A stretch of DNA of 63,958 bases, counting the filler, from an uncultured bacterium (GTDB lineage Bacteria; Hinthialibacterota; Hinthialibacteria; Hinthialibacterales; Hinthialibacteraceae), in NCBI GenBank assembly GCA_964449065.1. It is 3 parts of 3 records of this genome, joined end to end, with 100 filler letters (N's around TTAATTAATTAA, not from the genome) between each part and the next. Parts side by side here need not be neighbours in the genome. Positions count along the whole stretch, not along the records: positions 22,816 to 45,342 come from CAYVAZ010000039.1; positions 45,443 to 63,958 come from CAYVAZ010000064.1; 1 more part is not named here. One strand, given 5' to 3'. Shown one piece after another: positions 41,365-50,880 of this stretch. The first letter of the stretch is position 1. Each line of letters opens with the position of its first letter. The notes under the pieces were generated by a model. That model searched no databases and was not told the DNA's origin. It saw nothing but the letters and a program-made list of their open reading frames with translations. The translations under genes and the position numbers were made by a program.

Positions 41365-42438
41365 ATGATTAAGTATAGAACATCTTTCGTTATCGTATGC
41401 GCCGCTTGGGGGTTCCTAACGCTTATACCATCTTATGTGTTGCCGCAAAACCAGGCAATCGAACCGGAATTAATTGGAACCATTTCACTTGAAGGTTCGA
41501 TAACTAATCGTGCGAATCAAATTCAAATAGATCAACAAGGTAACATCATTATTTTACTAGGCACCGATCTCGTTTCTTATGATTTACAACAAAATCAATT
41601 TACTCGAATAGAACTGGGTGAAACGGACTTAATTAACAGCGGCATTTCCCAGAGTTCAGTATTTTTTGGCATTAATAATTTCTATACTGGTCCGAATAAT
41701 ACGCTATATCTCGTGTACAATTTTGATCATGCAATTCTCACAAGCGATGGAGAATTATCTTTATTACCATGTAATTCCTTTCAGCTTCCAGAACATTGTA
41801 GGATTCGAAATTATGCATTTGATGAAAGAGGACGAATATTATTCACCGTTTTGGGTGGTACAAATAGAGCACAATCACAAAAAGGGTGGTCAATTTATCA
41901 ATACGACGGGACAGAAACAACAATGATTGCAGGCAAGGGTGATGTTGATATCGAACCACTACAAATTGGTGACACATCTGTTCAAGGTCAAGATGCGTTT
42001 TTGCGAATAATTAATGAAATGGAATTATTTGAAAATACCTTGTACTTTTTACTGGAAGGAAAAATCTATAAAATCACACCGGAAGGATTTATATCCCCGG
42101 TGACGGCAAATAAATTTAACATCTCTGATTTTACTGTCTTTGCGGAAGATGTCATTCTTGCGAATATCAGCCACGTAGATTATCCAAGATTTAGTGTATT
42201 GTTTCATTCTCCCACAGTTTCTGAACCCATACTCGCAGCATCAATACCTCCAATTACAAAAATCCGGCCTCCCAATATTGCGCTGGCGTATGATCAAAAC
42301 AGTGATGATTTGTTTGTATCTGCCCATGATAATATATCTGAACGTGATGATACATCTGACATTGTTTTATGGCGTATTCCAAATATTAGCCGAATTTTGC
42401 AATCCAACATTCCCAATTGGAGGCGGTATGATGATTAA
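41365..42438 (+). CDS. Secreted beta-propeller-like protein
   Basis: Signal peptide; repeated D..G.I.F blades; AT-rich. Confidence 0.65.
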   Translation: MIKYRTSFVIVCAAWGFLTLIPSYVLPQNQAIEPELIGTISLEGSITNRANQIQIDQQGNIIILLGTDLVSYDLQQNQFTRIELGETDLINSGISQSSVFFGINNFYTGPNNTLYLVYNFDHAILTSDGELSLLPCNSFQLPEHCRIRNYAFDERGRILFTVLGGTNRAQSQKGWSIYQYDGTETTMIAGKGDVDIEPLQIGDTSVQGQDAFLRIINEMELFENTLYFLLEGKIYKITPEGFISPVTANKFNISDFTVFAEDVILANISHVDYPRFSVLFHSPTVSEPILAASIPPITKIRPPNIALAYDQNSDDLFVSAHDNISERDDTSDIVLWRIPNISRILQSNIPNWRRYDD

Positions 42439-42688
42439 TAAGTATTTACTATTAATTCTTATATGCAGCACTCTCATTGTAATACCTAACATTGGGTGGA
42501 CAGATGAAACATTTAATGGTTTAAGTAACAATGATTTGACAATACCACATGAATTAGGTCACAGTTTGGGTTTGTCTCACATGTGTGATGATATTTCGTG
42601 CATTGAATTTTTAATGACAGGTTTTGGCACAACAGCTTATAGCAATAAGCTAAGAAGTGGCGATAGAGACGCTTTTGAAACCAATTAA
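42428..42688 (+). CDS. Small secreted protein with metzincin zinc motif (possibly internally deleted)
   Basis: ATG 42428 with GGAGG; signal peptide then HELGHSLGLSH and FLM Met-turn in 86 aa. Confidence 0.65.
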   Translation: MMINKYLLLILICSTLIVIPNIGWTDETFNGLSNNDLTIPHELGHSLGLSHMCDDISCIEFLMTGFGTTAYSNKLRSGDRDAFETN

Positions 42689-42706
42689 TAACAAGGAGAG
42701 AATATA

Positions 42707-43420
42707 ATGAAACCAATATACTTACATGTACTCTTTTCAGTGATATTTATAAATGTAATAATATTTGATGTTAGTGCATTAAATATTTCGAATACACTTA
42801 CAGACAAAGACAAAATGATTTTCGCTGAATATGATCAGAAGTATAGAGATCATCCCGTTGAAGACTTAGCCATTACCCACCTTATTTCCGATCATATTCA
42901 AAGCGCCAGCCCTAGAGTTGTAGGAAATGGCTTTCAATTGATATATCGGCTTGCGGATAAACACAAAAAATATTTTGATGACGTTGTCATAGGATATCTA
43001 CTAAACGAAATTCAAACCGGGATAACCTACAAAAAATATTTAGAAGAAAACGCCAACTTTTTGACGGGATTTCTTGTGTTAGGCGAAACCCGCTCAGAAA
43101 AATCGATCGAGGTACTACTCCAATTGATGGAGCCATATGAGAATTGGCCCCTATCGTTTAAAAACCCTTTGGAAAATAACCCGGATCAAAAGAGATGGAT
43201 TACCAAAATCCGAAAATATGCATTAGACTCATTATTAGAACCAAAAGATAAAAAAGGCGAGGAATTGTTGTCTATCATCAAAGCCAAGTTAAATGGGTAT
43301 CAAACCAACAAACCGGGCTTTGCTGAAATGAAAGATTCCTATGATTTTTATAAAACCTACTACGCAGAATTGAAACAAGGAATCGACCGTTTCTCTCTCG
43401 ACCATTTTAATAAACCATAA
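42707..43420 (+). CDS. Secreted hypothetical protein, HEAT-like helices
   Basis: AAGGAG RBS, signal peptide, LGETRSEKSIEVLLQL. Confidence 0.65.
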   Translation: MKPIYLHVLFSVIFINVIIFDVSALNISNTLTDKDKMIFAEYDQKYRDHPVEDLAITHLISDHIQSASPRVVGNGFQLIYRLADKHKKYFDDVVIGYLLNEIQTGITYKKYLEENANFLTGFLVLGETRSEKSIEVLLQLMEPYENWPLSFKNPLENNPDQKRWITKIRKYALDSLLEPKDKKGEELLSIIKAKLNGYQTNKPGFAEMKDSYDFYKTYYAELKQGIDRFSLDHFNKP

Positions 43421-43456
43421 GATTCTGCATGAGATCAATTTGTATTAGGGCGGATG

Positions 43457-43483
43457 GCAAAGGCAAGTTTTATCTGCCTTTGC
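43457..43483. terminator. Hairpin between convergent genes
   Basis: GCAAAGGCA/TGCCTTTGC stem. Confidence 0.5.
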
Positions 43484-43584
43484 ATTAGTCCGTTCAATTA
43501 AACAGTATCGCATCTGATTAATGTAGATGTACCAACTCACCCCCCATCACTTAACAGCAAAGACCCCCAGCATGGCTTCAAGTA

Positions 43585-44454
43585 TCACCCGCCGGATAGC
43601 CGCATCGAAAAATCCATACAGCGGAACGAATGAGTTAACGCCCCGACCGAGATCAAATCCACTCCGGTTTCGGCGATGTCTGCTACCGTTCCCAGCGTCA
43701 CCCCGCCGGACGCTTCGGTTTCCGCTCTCCCCCCAATCCGTTTAACCGCTTGTTTCATCTCATCCAAACTCATGTTGTCGAGCATAATGCGGTCGGCGCC
43801 GGCTTGCAGCGCTTCGGTTACTTCTTCCAAATTGCGTGTTTCGCATTCTATTGTTAAATCGCCCTGCCAACGGTCTTGGGCGCGTTTGACCGCTTGCGCC
43901 ACGCCGCCGCTGCCGTCGATGTGATTGTCTTTAATCAGCACCATGTCATACAAGCCAAAGCGGTGGTTCACCCCTCCGCCAACCCGCACGGCATATTTTT
44001 GCAGCGCCCGCATCAGCGGGATGGTTTTTCGCGTATCGGTAATGCGGCAGTGGGTATGCTTTACGGCCTCCACATAGGCAGCGGTTTGCGTGGCGATGCC
44101 GGACATCATGCCTAAAAAATTCAGCGCAACCCTCTCTCCTTTCAAAATGGAGGGGAGGGAACCGTCCACTTCCGCCACTGGGGTGTTTGCATCAACCCGG
44201 CTGCCTTCCGGGATCAGTTCTTTCACTTGCAAACCGTGATCCAGCAAAGAAAACACTTCTGCAAATACCGGCAAGCCGCACACCACTCCGCGTTCTTTCG
44301 CGGTCACGGCGGCTTTGGCTTGTGTGCCTTCGACAATGGTGGCGATGGTAGTGGCGTCTCCGTCGCGGATGTCTTCGGTCAGGGCTTGGATGATCAGTTC
44401 CCGGATGTCTTCATCTATCACAAGCGGTTTAAACGCTGCATTCTTGTCTGGCAT
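43585..44454 (-). CDS. nadC: Nicotinate-nucleotide pyrophosphorylase (quinolinate phosphoribosyltransferase)
   Basis: EDI..GD.TT, GERVALN, DTRKT, NHRFGL.D.VLIKDNH, IMLDNM, EASGG. Confidence 0.96.
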   Translation of the reverse strand: MPDKNAAFKPLVIDEDIRELIIQALTEDIRDGDATTIATIVEGTQAKAAVTAKERGVVCGLPVFAEVFSLLDHGLQVKELIPEGSRVDANTPVAEVDGSLPSILKGERVALNFLGMMSGIATQTAAYVEAVKHTHCRITDTRKTIPLMRALQKYAVRVGGGVNHRFGLYDMVLIKDNHIDGSGGVAQAVKRAQDRWQGDLTIECETRNLEEVTEALQAGADRIMLDNMSLDEMKQAVKRIGGRAETEASGGVTLGTVADIAETGVDLISVGALTHSFRCMDFSMRLSGG

Positions 44455-44509
44455 GAATATCTCCTGTACATTACTCGTACTGTGTCAATGATTGATTGAC
44501 GGGTATCGA

Positions 44510-44539
44510 TCCCCCCTAGCCCCCCTTAATAAGGGGGGA
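44510..44539. repeat. REP-like GC-rich palindrome
   Basis: TCCCCCCTAGCCCCCCTTAATAAGGGGGGA. Confidence 0.55.
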
Positions 44540-44620
44540 ACAACGGATAGCCAGCCGTCATTTTTTGATTGACGATCCACTAGCATCACATTATGATTCG
44601 AATCATGCAAAGGGGAACAG

Positions 44621-45342
44621 ATGAGACTCAACCTGTTTATTCTATTGACGTTTGTCTTGATCCATCCTTTGGCCGCGCAGGATGAAACGGCCGAGCTGTA
44701 CCGCTTGCGGGCATTGGGGCAGGCGTATCTGGAAGAGGATGAATATGCCAACGCGATTGAAGCGTTTCGGGAAGCGGCGGCTTTGCGGCTGCAATCCGCG
44801 TCTGATATCATCAATTTAGGCTTTGCGCAATACAAAAATGATGACAATACCGAAGCAATAGCAACGCTGAAGAAAGCTATCGAACTGGATGAAGACAATC
44901 CCCATGCCCATTACATGCTGGGGTTGGCCTACAAAAAAGACGGGCAGGCGAACGAAGAGGCCATCCAGCATTTTCGGGTGGCGGCCAATTATCCGGACGC
45001 GGATACCGCCCCCCTCTACAATTTGGGTTTGATGCTCAACAAAGCCGAAGAGTATGAAGAAGCGGTGGTGTGGCTGCAAAAGGTGCGTGAACTGGATGCC
45101 ACCCATTCCGCGGCGGTGTACAACTTAGCCATGATCGCCCAAAAGCAGCGTGACCGCGAACAAGCCATGGCGCTTTTTAAAGAATTTCAAGAATTAAAAA
45201 AAGGTGAGGAGCAAAAACCGGCGGATGCGTTTGACGAAAGTGTGTTTGCCAAGGCGGTTTCTTTCGATATCCCACCTGAACATCAGGTGAACTTTGCTTC
45301 TTCCTTGCGTCCCCGGCTGGTGCCGAATGAAGATTGGACAAA
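44621..45342 (+). CDS. Secreted TPR protein, 3' truncated by contig edge
   Basis: Signal peptide plus several canonical TPRs. Confidence 0.88.
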
Positions 45343-45442
45343 NNNNNNNNNNNNNNNNNNNNNNNNNNNNNNNNNNNNNNNNNNNNTTAATTAATTAANN
45401 NNNNNNNNNNNNNNNNNNNNNNNNNNNNNNNNNNNNNNNNNN
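45343..45442. other. Artificial contig-joining spacer
   Basis: 44 N + TTAATTAATTAA + 44 N. Confidence 0.98.
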
Positions 45443-45482
45443 AATTGACCTTATTCAATGGCGCTTTAATAGCCCTGATAGC

Positions 45483-45731
45483 ATGCATCTTTATGGTGCA
45501 GTTGCGCTGGTTCGAGATGAGATTAAAAATATGGCAAATGAGGCGGGCCTTAATGATACTAGTTCGCTTCCCAGCCTTAACTTAAAAGAAAGACTTTTGT
45601 GCTCTCAAGGTAAAAGAGTTTTAGCTATTAAAGAGGTTCGGTCTAGATTGCGTGTAAGTTTAAGAGAAGCCGTAGATATTGTTAATTACTGGTATCCTAA
45701 GCCTGATGAGTTAGAATATAAACGCCTTTAG
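45483..45731 (+). CDS. Ribosomal protein bL12 C-terminal-domain-like protein
   Basis: GKRVLAIKEVRSRLRVSLREAVDIV resembles KI.AIKEVR..TGLGLKEAK.LV; may be 5' truncated. Confidence 0.55.
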   Translation: MHLYGAVALVRDEIKNMANEAGLNDTSSLPSLNLKERLLCSQGKRVLAIKEVRSRLRVSLREAVDIVNYWYPKPDELEYKRL

Positions 45732-45762
45732 TGACGTTGAGGATAAATAAAAACTGAGGAGG

Positions 45763-46437
45763 ATGGTTATGTTGCCTATATTAAACAATATAAAAGACGC
45801 CGAACAAGCTTGCGGAGGCCTCTCGAAGCCGTCAAAAATGCCTGGCTTTTCTTATAACACTCCTGCTAGCTACTGTAAGACTGGCAGCAAGCTTCGAGAA
45901 ATTGAAGGCTCTGTTTGTTCCGGTTGTTATGCGCTAAAAGGTCGTTACACTTTCCCAAACGTGCAAGAGGCCTTGGAGCGTCGTTTTGACAAAATGATGT
46001 CTGACTTTGCTTCTTGGGCTGATTCTATGGTGTATCTCATTAACAAGCGTGCCGACAAACATCCTGAATTTCGCTGGCACGACTCTGGCGATATCCATTC
46101 TGTCACGCACCTTGCATGGATTGTTGATATTGCTGAGCGTACTCCTAGCGTAAAGCACTGGTTGCCTACTCGGGAATATGGAATTGTAAAGGAATACCTT
46201 GAGCTTTTCGAAGAGTTCCCGCCTAATTTGTGCGTGCGGCTTTCCGCTCATATGATTGGTGGCAAAGCTCCGGATATTGGTTTGCCCACCTCTACCGTTG
46301 ACTTTGGCGAAGGTTATCGTTGTCCCTCTACTTCGGCAGAACATCGAGCTGCATCTAAGGATGGTGGGGCGTTTTGTCACACTTGCCGAGCTTGTTGGGA
46401 CCCTAACGTTCGCAACATTGATTATCACAAACACTAG
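45763..46437 (+). CDS. Phage GP88-family protein
   Basis: LSKPSKMPG, CSGCYALKG, FRWHDSGD, HWLPTRE, C..CRACW. Confidence 0.8.
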   Translation: MVMLPILNNIKDAEQACGGLSKPSKMPGFSYNTPASYCKTGSKLREIEGSVCSGCYALKGRYTFPNVQEALERRFDKMMSDFASWADSMVYLINKRADKHPEFRWHDSGDIHSVTHLAWIVDIAERTPSVKHWLPTREYGIVKEYLELFEEFPPNLCVRLSAHMIGGKAPDIGLPTSTVDFGEGYRCPSTSAEHRAASKDGGAFCHTCRACWDPNVRNIDYHKH

Positions 46438-46607
46438 ATTTAATTAAGGAGAATCAAAATGGGTGCATCTTCTTTTTCTTGTACGGCTCGCGTCCTGCAG
46501 TAACTTGGCCTGATGGTTATGAACAGTGGTTCCTATATGGTATAAAATATACCTATAAAGAATGGTTTCATCAAGTAGAAGCCCTTGTGGCCATGGAGAG
46601 AAATTGA

Positions 46608-46868
46608 ATGAATAAAGAAACAGCTGCTAAGCTTGGTTTGAAAACACAAGAAGAAATCGATCAGTATAATTCTTATACTAGACAACAGGAAAACGAGCGT
46701 GCTTATCGACAAGTACTTGAGCAAGAAAAAAGAAATTATGATAGGCTTGTTAATGTGCCCGACTCTTACAAAGAAAAAAGAGGACATAAGACTAAGGTAA
46801 AAGAGAAAGAAAAACTTTTAACTTACCTGAAGAAACAAGTAGAACGCTATGAATACTACGGAGATTGA
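46608..46868 (+). CDS. Phage hypothetical protein
   Basis: ORF with GGAGAG RBS. Confidence 0.6.
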   Translation: MNKETAAKLGLKTQEEIDQYNSYTRQQENERAYRQVLEQEKRNYDRLVNVPDSYKEKRGHKTKVKEKEKLLTYLKKQVERYEYYGD

Positions 46869-46942
46869 AAAATACGCTCTAGTTTTGTGTGGAAAGAGAT
46901 ATGCTATTGGTAAAACATGAGGTATAAAAGAGGTGGTAGAGC

Positions 46943-47137
46943 ATGAATAAAATTCATGAAATATTTTTTGGAATTATGATTTTGTTTGTTACGGTTGTTT
47001 TATTTTTTTGCTTAGCTTTTTTCAGCAATCCTATTGAAAAAATAAATTATACTTGTAACATAATTGGTTGTGGCTACCTTGGTGGACCTGATTATCAAAA
47101 TTGTAAATGTGTTTCTGCAAGTAGAACGATCGACTGA
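46943..47137 (+). CDS. Small membrane protein with Cys-rich tail
   Basis: GAGGTGG RBS, one TM, C..IGC..CKC. Confidence 0.6.
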   Translation: MNKIHEIFFGIMILFVTVVLFFCLAFFSNPIEKINYTCNIIGCGYLGGPDYQNCKCVSASRTID

Positions 47138-47156
47138 GCCCTCCTCCCTGTGTGTC

Positions 47157-47196
47157 GGGTAGGGGTAAGCTTAAAAACTGCCCCTACCCATTTTTA
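47157..47196 (+). terminator. Rho-independent terminator
   Basis: GGGTAGGGG..CCCCTACCC stem followed by ATTTTTT. Confidence 0.7.
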
Positions 47197-47361
47197 TGAG
47201 GTTAATTATGGCTTTAACTGAAAAACAAAGAGAAGAATATAATAAAGGTGTCGAAGCCGCCAAAAAACATTTTCCCCGTAAAATGCAGACTGTATCAGCA
47301 AGTCGCTGGTTCGCAATTGGATTTATCTTTACTTGGAAAAAACTTGAAGAGGAAGCTATAA

Positions 47362-47583
47362 ATGACTGATTTTTGTCAAGATAAACTTAAAAAGGTAAAT
47401 GAGTGGATGGTTACCGGAGGCCCTCCCTATCTAACAGACGATGATCTGATTGAAGGTATTCAACATCTAAAGTATTGTGCCGACATTCTTAATAAGTTTG
47501 AGCACTATAGAGCGACTTCAAATCATATCTATAGAGACCTTTATTCACTAGAACTTATTGCTAGATCCAGAGATTTGATGTAA
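47362..47583 (+). CDS. Phage hypothetical protein
   Basis: ORF in coupled array. Confidence 0.6.
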   Translation: MTDFCQDKLKKVNEWMVTGGPPYLTDDDLIEGIQHLKYCADILNKFEHYRATSNHIYRDLYSLELIARSRDLM

Positions 47584-47594
47584 GGAAAACAAAA

Positions 47595-48137
47595 ATGACT
47601 GATTATATCGAACAGCCTGCAAAAAGCTATATTTGCGTGCCTGTCGCAATTCATAATGCAATTAGGTGGGCTGGTAACTTTGATATAGATACTGAATCTT
47701 TGCTTAAAGATTTAATCTCTCAATGCAAAACTGTTACGACAGCGGGAACAAGAAAAGGTTTAAAGCCTGGAACCTATGATAACGAAACAGAAATTAATAT
47801 CGAAAAAAGAACGGAATTCATTAGCAGTCAAAAAATTATTTGTCCGACTTTGCCTAGTATTAGAAAACATATTCAATCGGGCGGGGCCGTAATTTTGTGC
47901 TACAAAAATCGTAAGAAATGGTATAGCGGTCATGCGGTTTTTATTGACCAATATCACAAAGAAAGAAAATTGTATCGAGTAATCAATGGACCAAATAGTA
48001 CAGAAGGTAATCCCATTGGTTCATTGACAAATGTTGAAATGAGCAAACTTCTTAACAGGAAGGGCTTTTATTATAAACCTAAGGCTTGGTTTATTAGGAG
48101 AAAGTATGACACTAGAACAGGCAGAAAATATAATTGA
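47595..48137 (+). CDS. Putative papain-fold (C39-like) peptidase
   Basis: Q....Y.C.P.A..NA nucleophile region, GHAVF, VIN. Confidence 0.55.
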   Translation: MTDYIEQPAKSYICVPVAIHNAIRWAGNFDIDTESLLKDLISQCKTVTTAGTRKGLKPGTYDNETEINIEKRTEFISSQKIICPTLPSIRKHIQSGGAVILCYKNRKKWYSGHAVFIDQYHKERKLYRVINGPNSTEGNPIGSLTNVEMSKLLNRKGFYYKPKAWFIRRKYDTRTGRKYN

Positions 48138-48360
48138 TGTAGCTTGCAATTATTGCAACGCTGAGGTTTATGAGAACTATTCTGGCCGAGGAATGTACGG
48201 AGAGACATGTGTTGGCATTACTACCGATAATCCTATAATGGTAGCATACTGTGCTGGCTTAGTTGCTGGTGAGGCTAGAGCAGAAGGTGATGATAGTTGG
48301 GATGACTTCGAGTTGCCCACTCGGACTGATAGTCTAGGTTTTGACACAATTATTTACTAA
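48106..48360 (+). CDS. Phage hypothetical protein
   Basis: YSGRGMYG.TC.GI motif; AGGAG RBS. Confidence 0.7.
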   Translation: MTLEQAENIIDVACNYCNAEVYENYSGRGMYGETCVGITTDNPIMVAYCAGLVAGEARAEGDDSWDDFELPTRTDSLGFDTIIY

Positions 48361-48371
48361 GGGAGATTAAA

Positions 48372-48638
48372 ATGGGTTACACTGGTGAAGAAATGGCAGA
48401 ACAACTTTCTAAGTTTGTAAATAAACTTGGAAACAACAAAGACGAGCAAGAATTTTGCGCAGCCCTTATGCGACAACATAGGACCCTACAACAAAGTGTG
48501 TTTAGTCTTATGACTGCCGCTATCAAAGAATGGTCCAAGCAACAAAACTTTGACGCCAGAAATGAATTCACTGTAGCTACTTGTAAGGAAATTGTAGACA
48601 AAGTAGACGCAATGAAATACTCAGTACCTTTGATTTAA
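48372..48638 (+). CDS. Phage hypothetical protein
   Basis: HRTLQQ and DARNE motifs; GGGAG RBS. Confidence 0.7.
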   Translation: MGYTGEEMAEQLSKFVNKLGNNKDEQEFCAALMRQHRTLQQSVFSLMTAAIKEWSKQQNFDARNEFTVATCKEIVDKVDAMKYSVPLI

Positions 48639-49169
48639 ATTGATCTACTATGAGCGAAAAGACTAAAAAAGACCTTGAGGCTCTAAAAAGGGTAAAAGAG
48701 ATTGCTATAAGGTATCGAGGCTGGACAAATAACGAGCAACCAAAAGATAGTGTTTTTAGTTGGCTGGATAATCGAATCAGTTGGATTGAGGAAGGTGGAT
48801 ATTTTAATGACGGAGCTAACTAGTAAACAACAAAAGTTGGTGTATGAGTTATATGTATTTAATTATGAGAGAAATGCTTTTAAAAATATCACTAAAAACG
48901 ATTTGTGCTTAGCTGTAGATGAGTTTAATAATACATAGTTTACCCCTTGACACTAAACCAAAAATGATGAATGATTTGGCTTTCGGAGGTAGAATGTGTA
49001 TACAAATTTAGTAGCTAAAATATTACGAGAGTTTGTGACAGATGAAAGGCAAAGAGCATTGCTTGCTGTTGAATTTGCCGCAGAACTCAGAAAGAATCAG
49101 AATTTTGATGAGCTAAAGTTTTTTAGACAGTGTAACCCTAATTACCTTGATAAATGGTTTGAGGACTAA

Positions 49170-49478
49170 ATGGACACTATTATTCAAGCTATTGTTGATG
49201 ACATGGACAAAGAAGAGTTTGATGCTTACATTCGTGCTATTAAAAAGCGCTTCAACAAGGAGGCTGGAGTTAAAGCAGCTAGCTTGGTAGACTCAAAAGA
49301 ATCGCTTGCCTGGATGCAAACTATTGCACGTGAAGGAGCTATTTCTGCTATTAGACAAGTTAGAAAAGAGACTAAAGAGCCTCTGGTCACATGCAAAATG
49401 ACAGTAGATATGCTTGAAGAGATTCACAACGTACTTTTGCCTTTGGAGATGGAAAATGTTAAACGCACTGCTAACTAG
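49170..49478 (+). CDS. Hypothetical protein with weak bL12-CTD-like segment
   Basis: GAISAIRQVRKETKEPLVTCKMTVD. Confidence 0.45.
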   Translation: MDTIIQAIVDDMDKEEFDAYIRAIKKRFNKEAGVKAASLVDSKESLAWMQTIAREGAISAIRQVRKETKEPLVTCKMTVDMLEEIHNVLLPLEMENVKRTAN

Positions 49479-49920
49479 TAGCATTGTACTTATGCAATAT
49501 TATCCTGCACCGGAAGCGAAGCAGGCAAGAAAGCAATGGCTACCCGTAGTAAAAGTTGCTAGTGAACATTACAATTTAGATTGGCGCTTGTTAGACTCAT
49601 TAATCATGGCTGAGTCTGCTTGGAATATAAATGCAACTTCCCATGTCGGTGCACAGGGTCTGTGTCAGCTTATGCCAAAAACTGCAGAATGGCTTAAGGT
49701 TACAGATGCATACAATCCCGGTCAAAATATCTGGGGAGCAGCTTGGTATCTGCGCAAGCTAAATGATAGGTTTGATGATTGGACGCTTACACTTGCTGCG
49801 TATAATGCGGGACCTACACGTGTAGGTAAATGTAATTGTATTCCAAATATTAAAGAAACAAAAAATTATGTTGCAAAAATTACTAAAATGTGGGATGATA
49901 AAATTAAATGGGACCGATGA
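49456..49920 (+). CDS. Lytic transglycosylase (SLT domain)
   Basis: IMAES, GAQGLCQLMP, NI.GAAWYL, LAAYNAGP, ETKNYV; start ATG 49456 with GGAG RBS. Confidence 0.9.
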   Translation: MLNALLTSSIVLMQYYPAPEAKQARKQWLPVVKVASEHYNLDWRLLDSLIMAESAWNINATSHVGAQGLCQLMPKTAEWLKVTDAYNPGQNIWGAAWYLRKLNDRFDDWTLTLAAYNAGPTRVGKCNCIPNIKETKNYVAKITKMWDDKIKWDR

Positions 49921-50273
49921 ATAACCAAATTGCTTTTTCAAAGATGGTGGGACATTTAAGAAGACAGGGTAAGCCTAGTTCATCTTACATGTCGGGTCAG
50001 GTAATTCTATCCGCCTATTACGGAGATGATGGGTGTAAATGCCCAGTTGGTGCACTCATTCCAGAAAGCCTTTATAAAAAGGAAATGGAATGTGCAAATA
50101 TAGAAGAATTGCTTCCACATTTTTCTGATCTCAAAAAGTTCTTTAAAAATGTTGATACAAACCTTCTTATTGCTATGCAAGAATTACATGATGACAAACC
50201 TGTAGAAATTTGGGAAAGTGAGTTTAGAAAAGTAGCGTATCAATTTAAACTTTCGGTTCCCTTGGAAGATTAA
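49917..50273 (+). CDS. Phage hypothetical protein
   Basis: HLRRQG, CKCPVGALIP, Q.LHD; ATGA overlap with SLT gene. Confidence 0.7.
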   Translation: MNNQIAFSKMVGHLRRQGKPSSSYMSGQVILSAYYGDDGCKCPVGALIPESLYKKEMECANIEELLPHFSDLKKFFKNVDTNLLIAMQELHDDKPVEIWESEFRKVAYQFKLSVPLED

Positions 50274-50454
50274 TATGAAAGAAGAAATATTTGTTAAGTT
50301 TTGGAAAAATGGAAATGATATCTGTTTTGAATGCAGTAACGGATATAGTGGTGCCGATCCAATTAAAAATGGAAATGTAGTAGAAACTTTCAACAATGCA
50401 CTGTCGCATGTTGAAAAGCTTTTTAAAGTCAAGTATAAAGACTAAGGAGAAAAA

Positions 50455-50880
50455 ATGGAAAATTTTGAAAGTGCTGAAAGCCAAGAAGAAGTAACCCTGG
50501 AGTCCGTCAGGGAGTCTGTTAGTTCAGATACCACTATTGGTGAGCTTCTGGAGCTTGTTAATAAGCTTCGTGATGAGAGCAGCCTGGATGTAAGCTCTAT
50601 GCTTCTGTCCGACTTTGTATCTCGTCCTCGTCGTCAGCGTACCAGCAATGTTGGTCCTGCTGTGATGGAAGCTCTTACTTCTGCTGGGGATGTTGGAACT
50701 ACGGTTGCTGCTATCGTTGCGAGTACAAACATTAGCACTCCTAGTGTTGCTAAGGCCATCAAGGAATTTCTTGCGGAAGGAACAGTAGAAGATGTCGGTG
50801 AACAGTCTCGCCCTGAAGGAACCAAGGGCCGTGCAGCTCGCTTGTATCGAGTTGTTAATGTAAATGAAGAAGTGGCTTGA
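50455..50880 (+). CDS. Winged-helix DNA-binding protein
   Basis: TTVAAIVASTNISTPSVAKAIKEFLAEGTV...GRAARLY. Confidence 0.65.
   Translation: MENFESAESQEEVTLESVRESVSSDTTIGELLELVNKLRDESSLDVSSMLLSDFVSRPRRQRTSNVGPAVMEALTSAGDVGTTVAAIVASTNISTPSVAKAIKEFLAEGTVEDVGEQSRPEGTKGRAARLYRVVNVNEEVA

Noticed and set aside
620..45106. Numerous short antisense or alternate-frame ORFs in the track
   Set aside because: Shadows of well-supported genes with no motifs of their own
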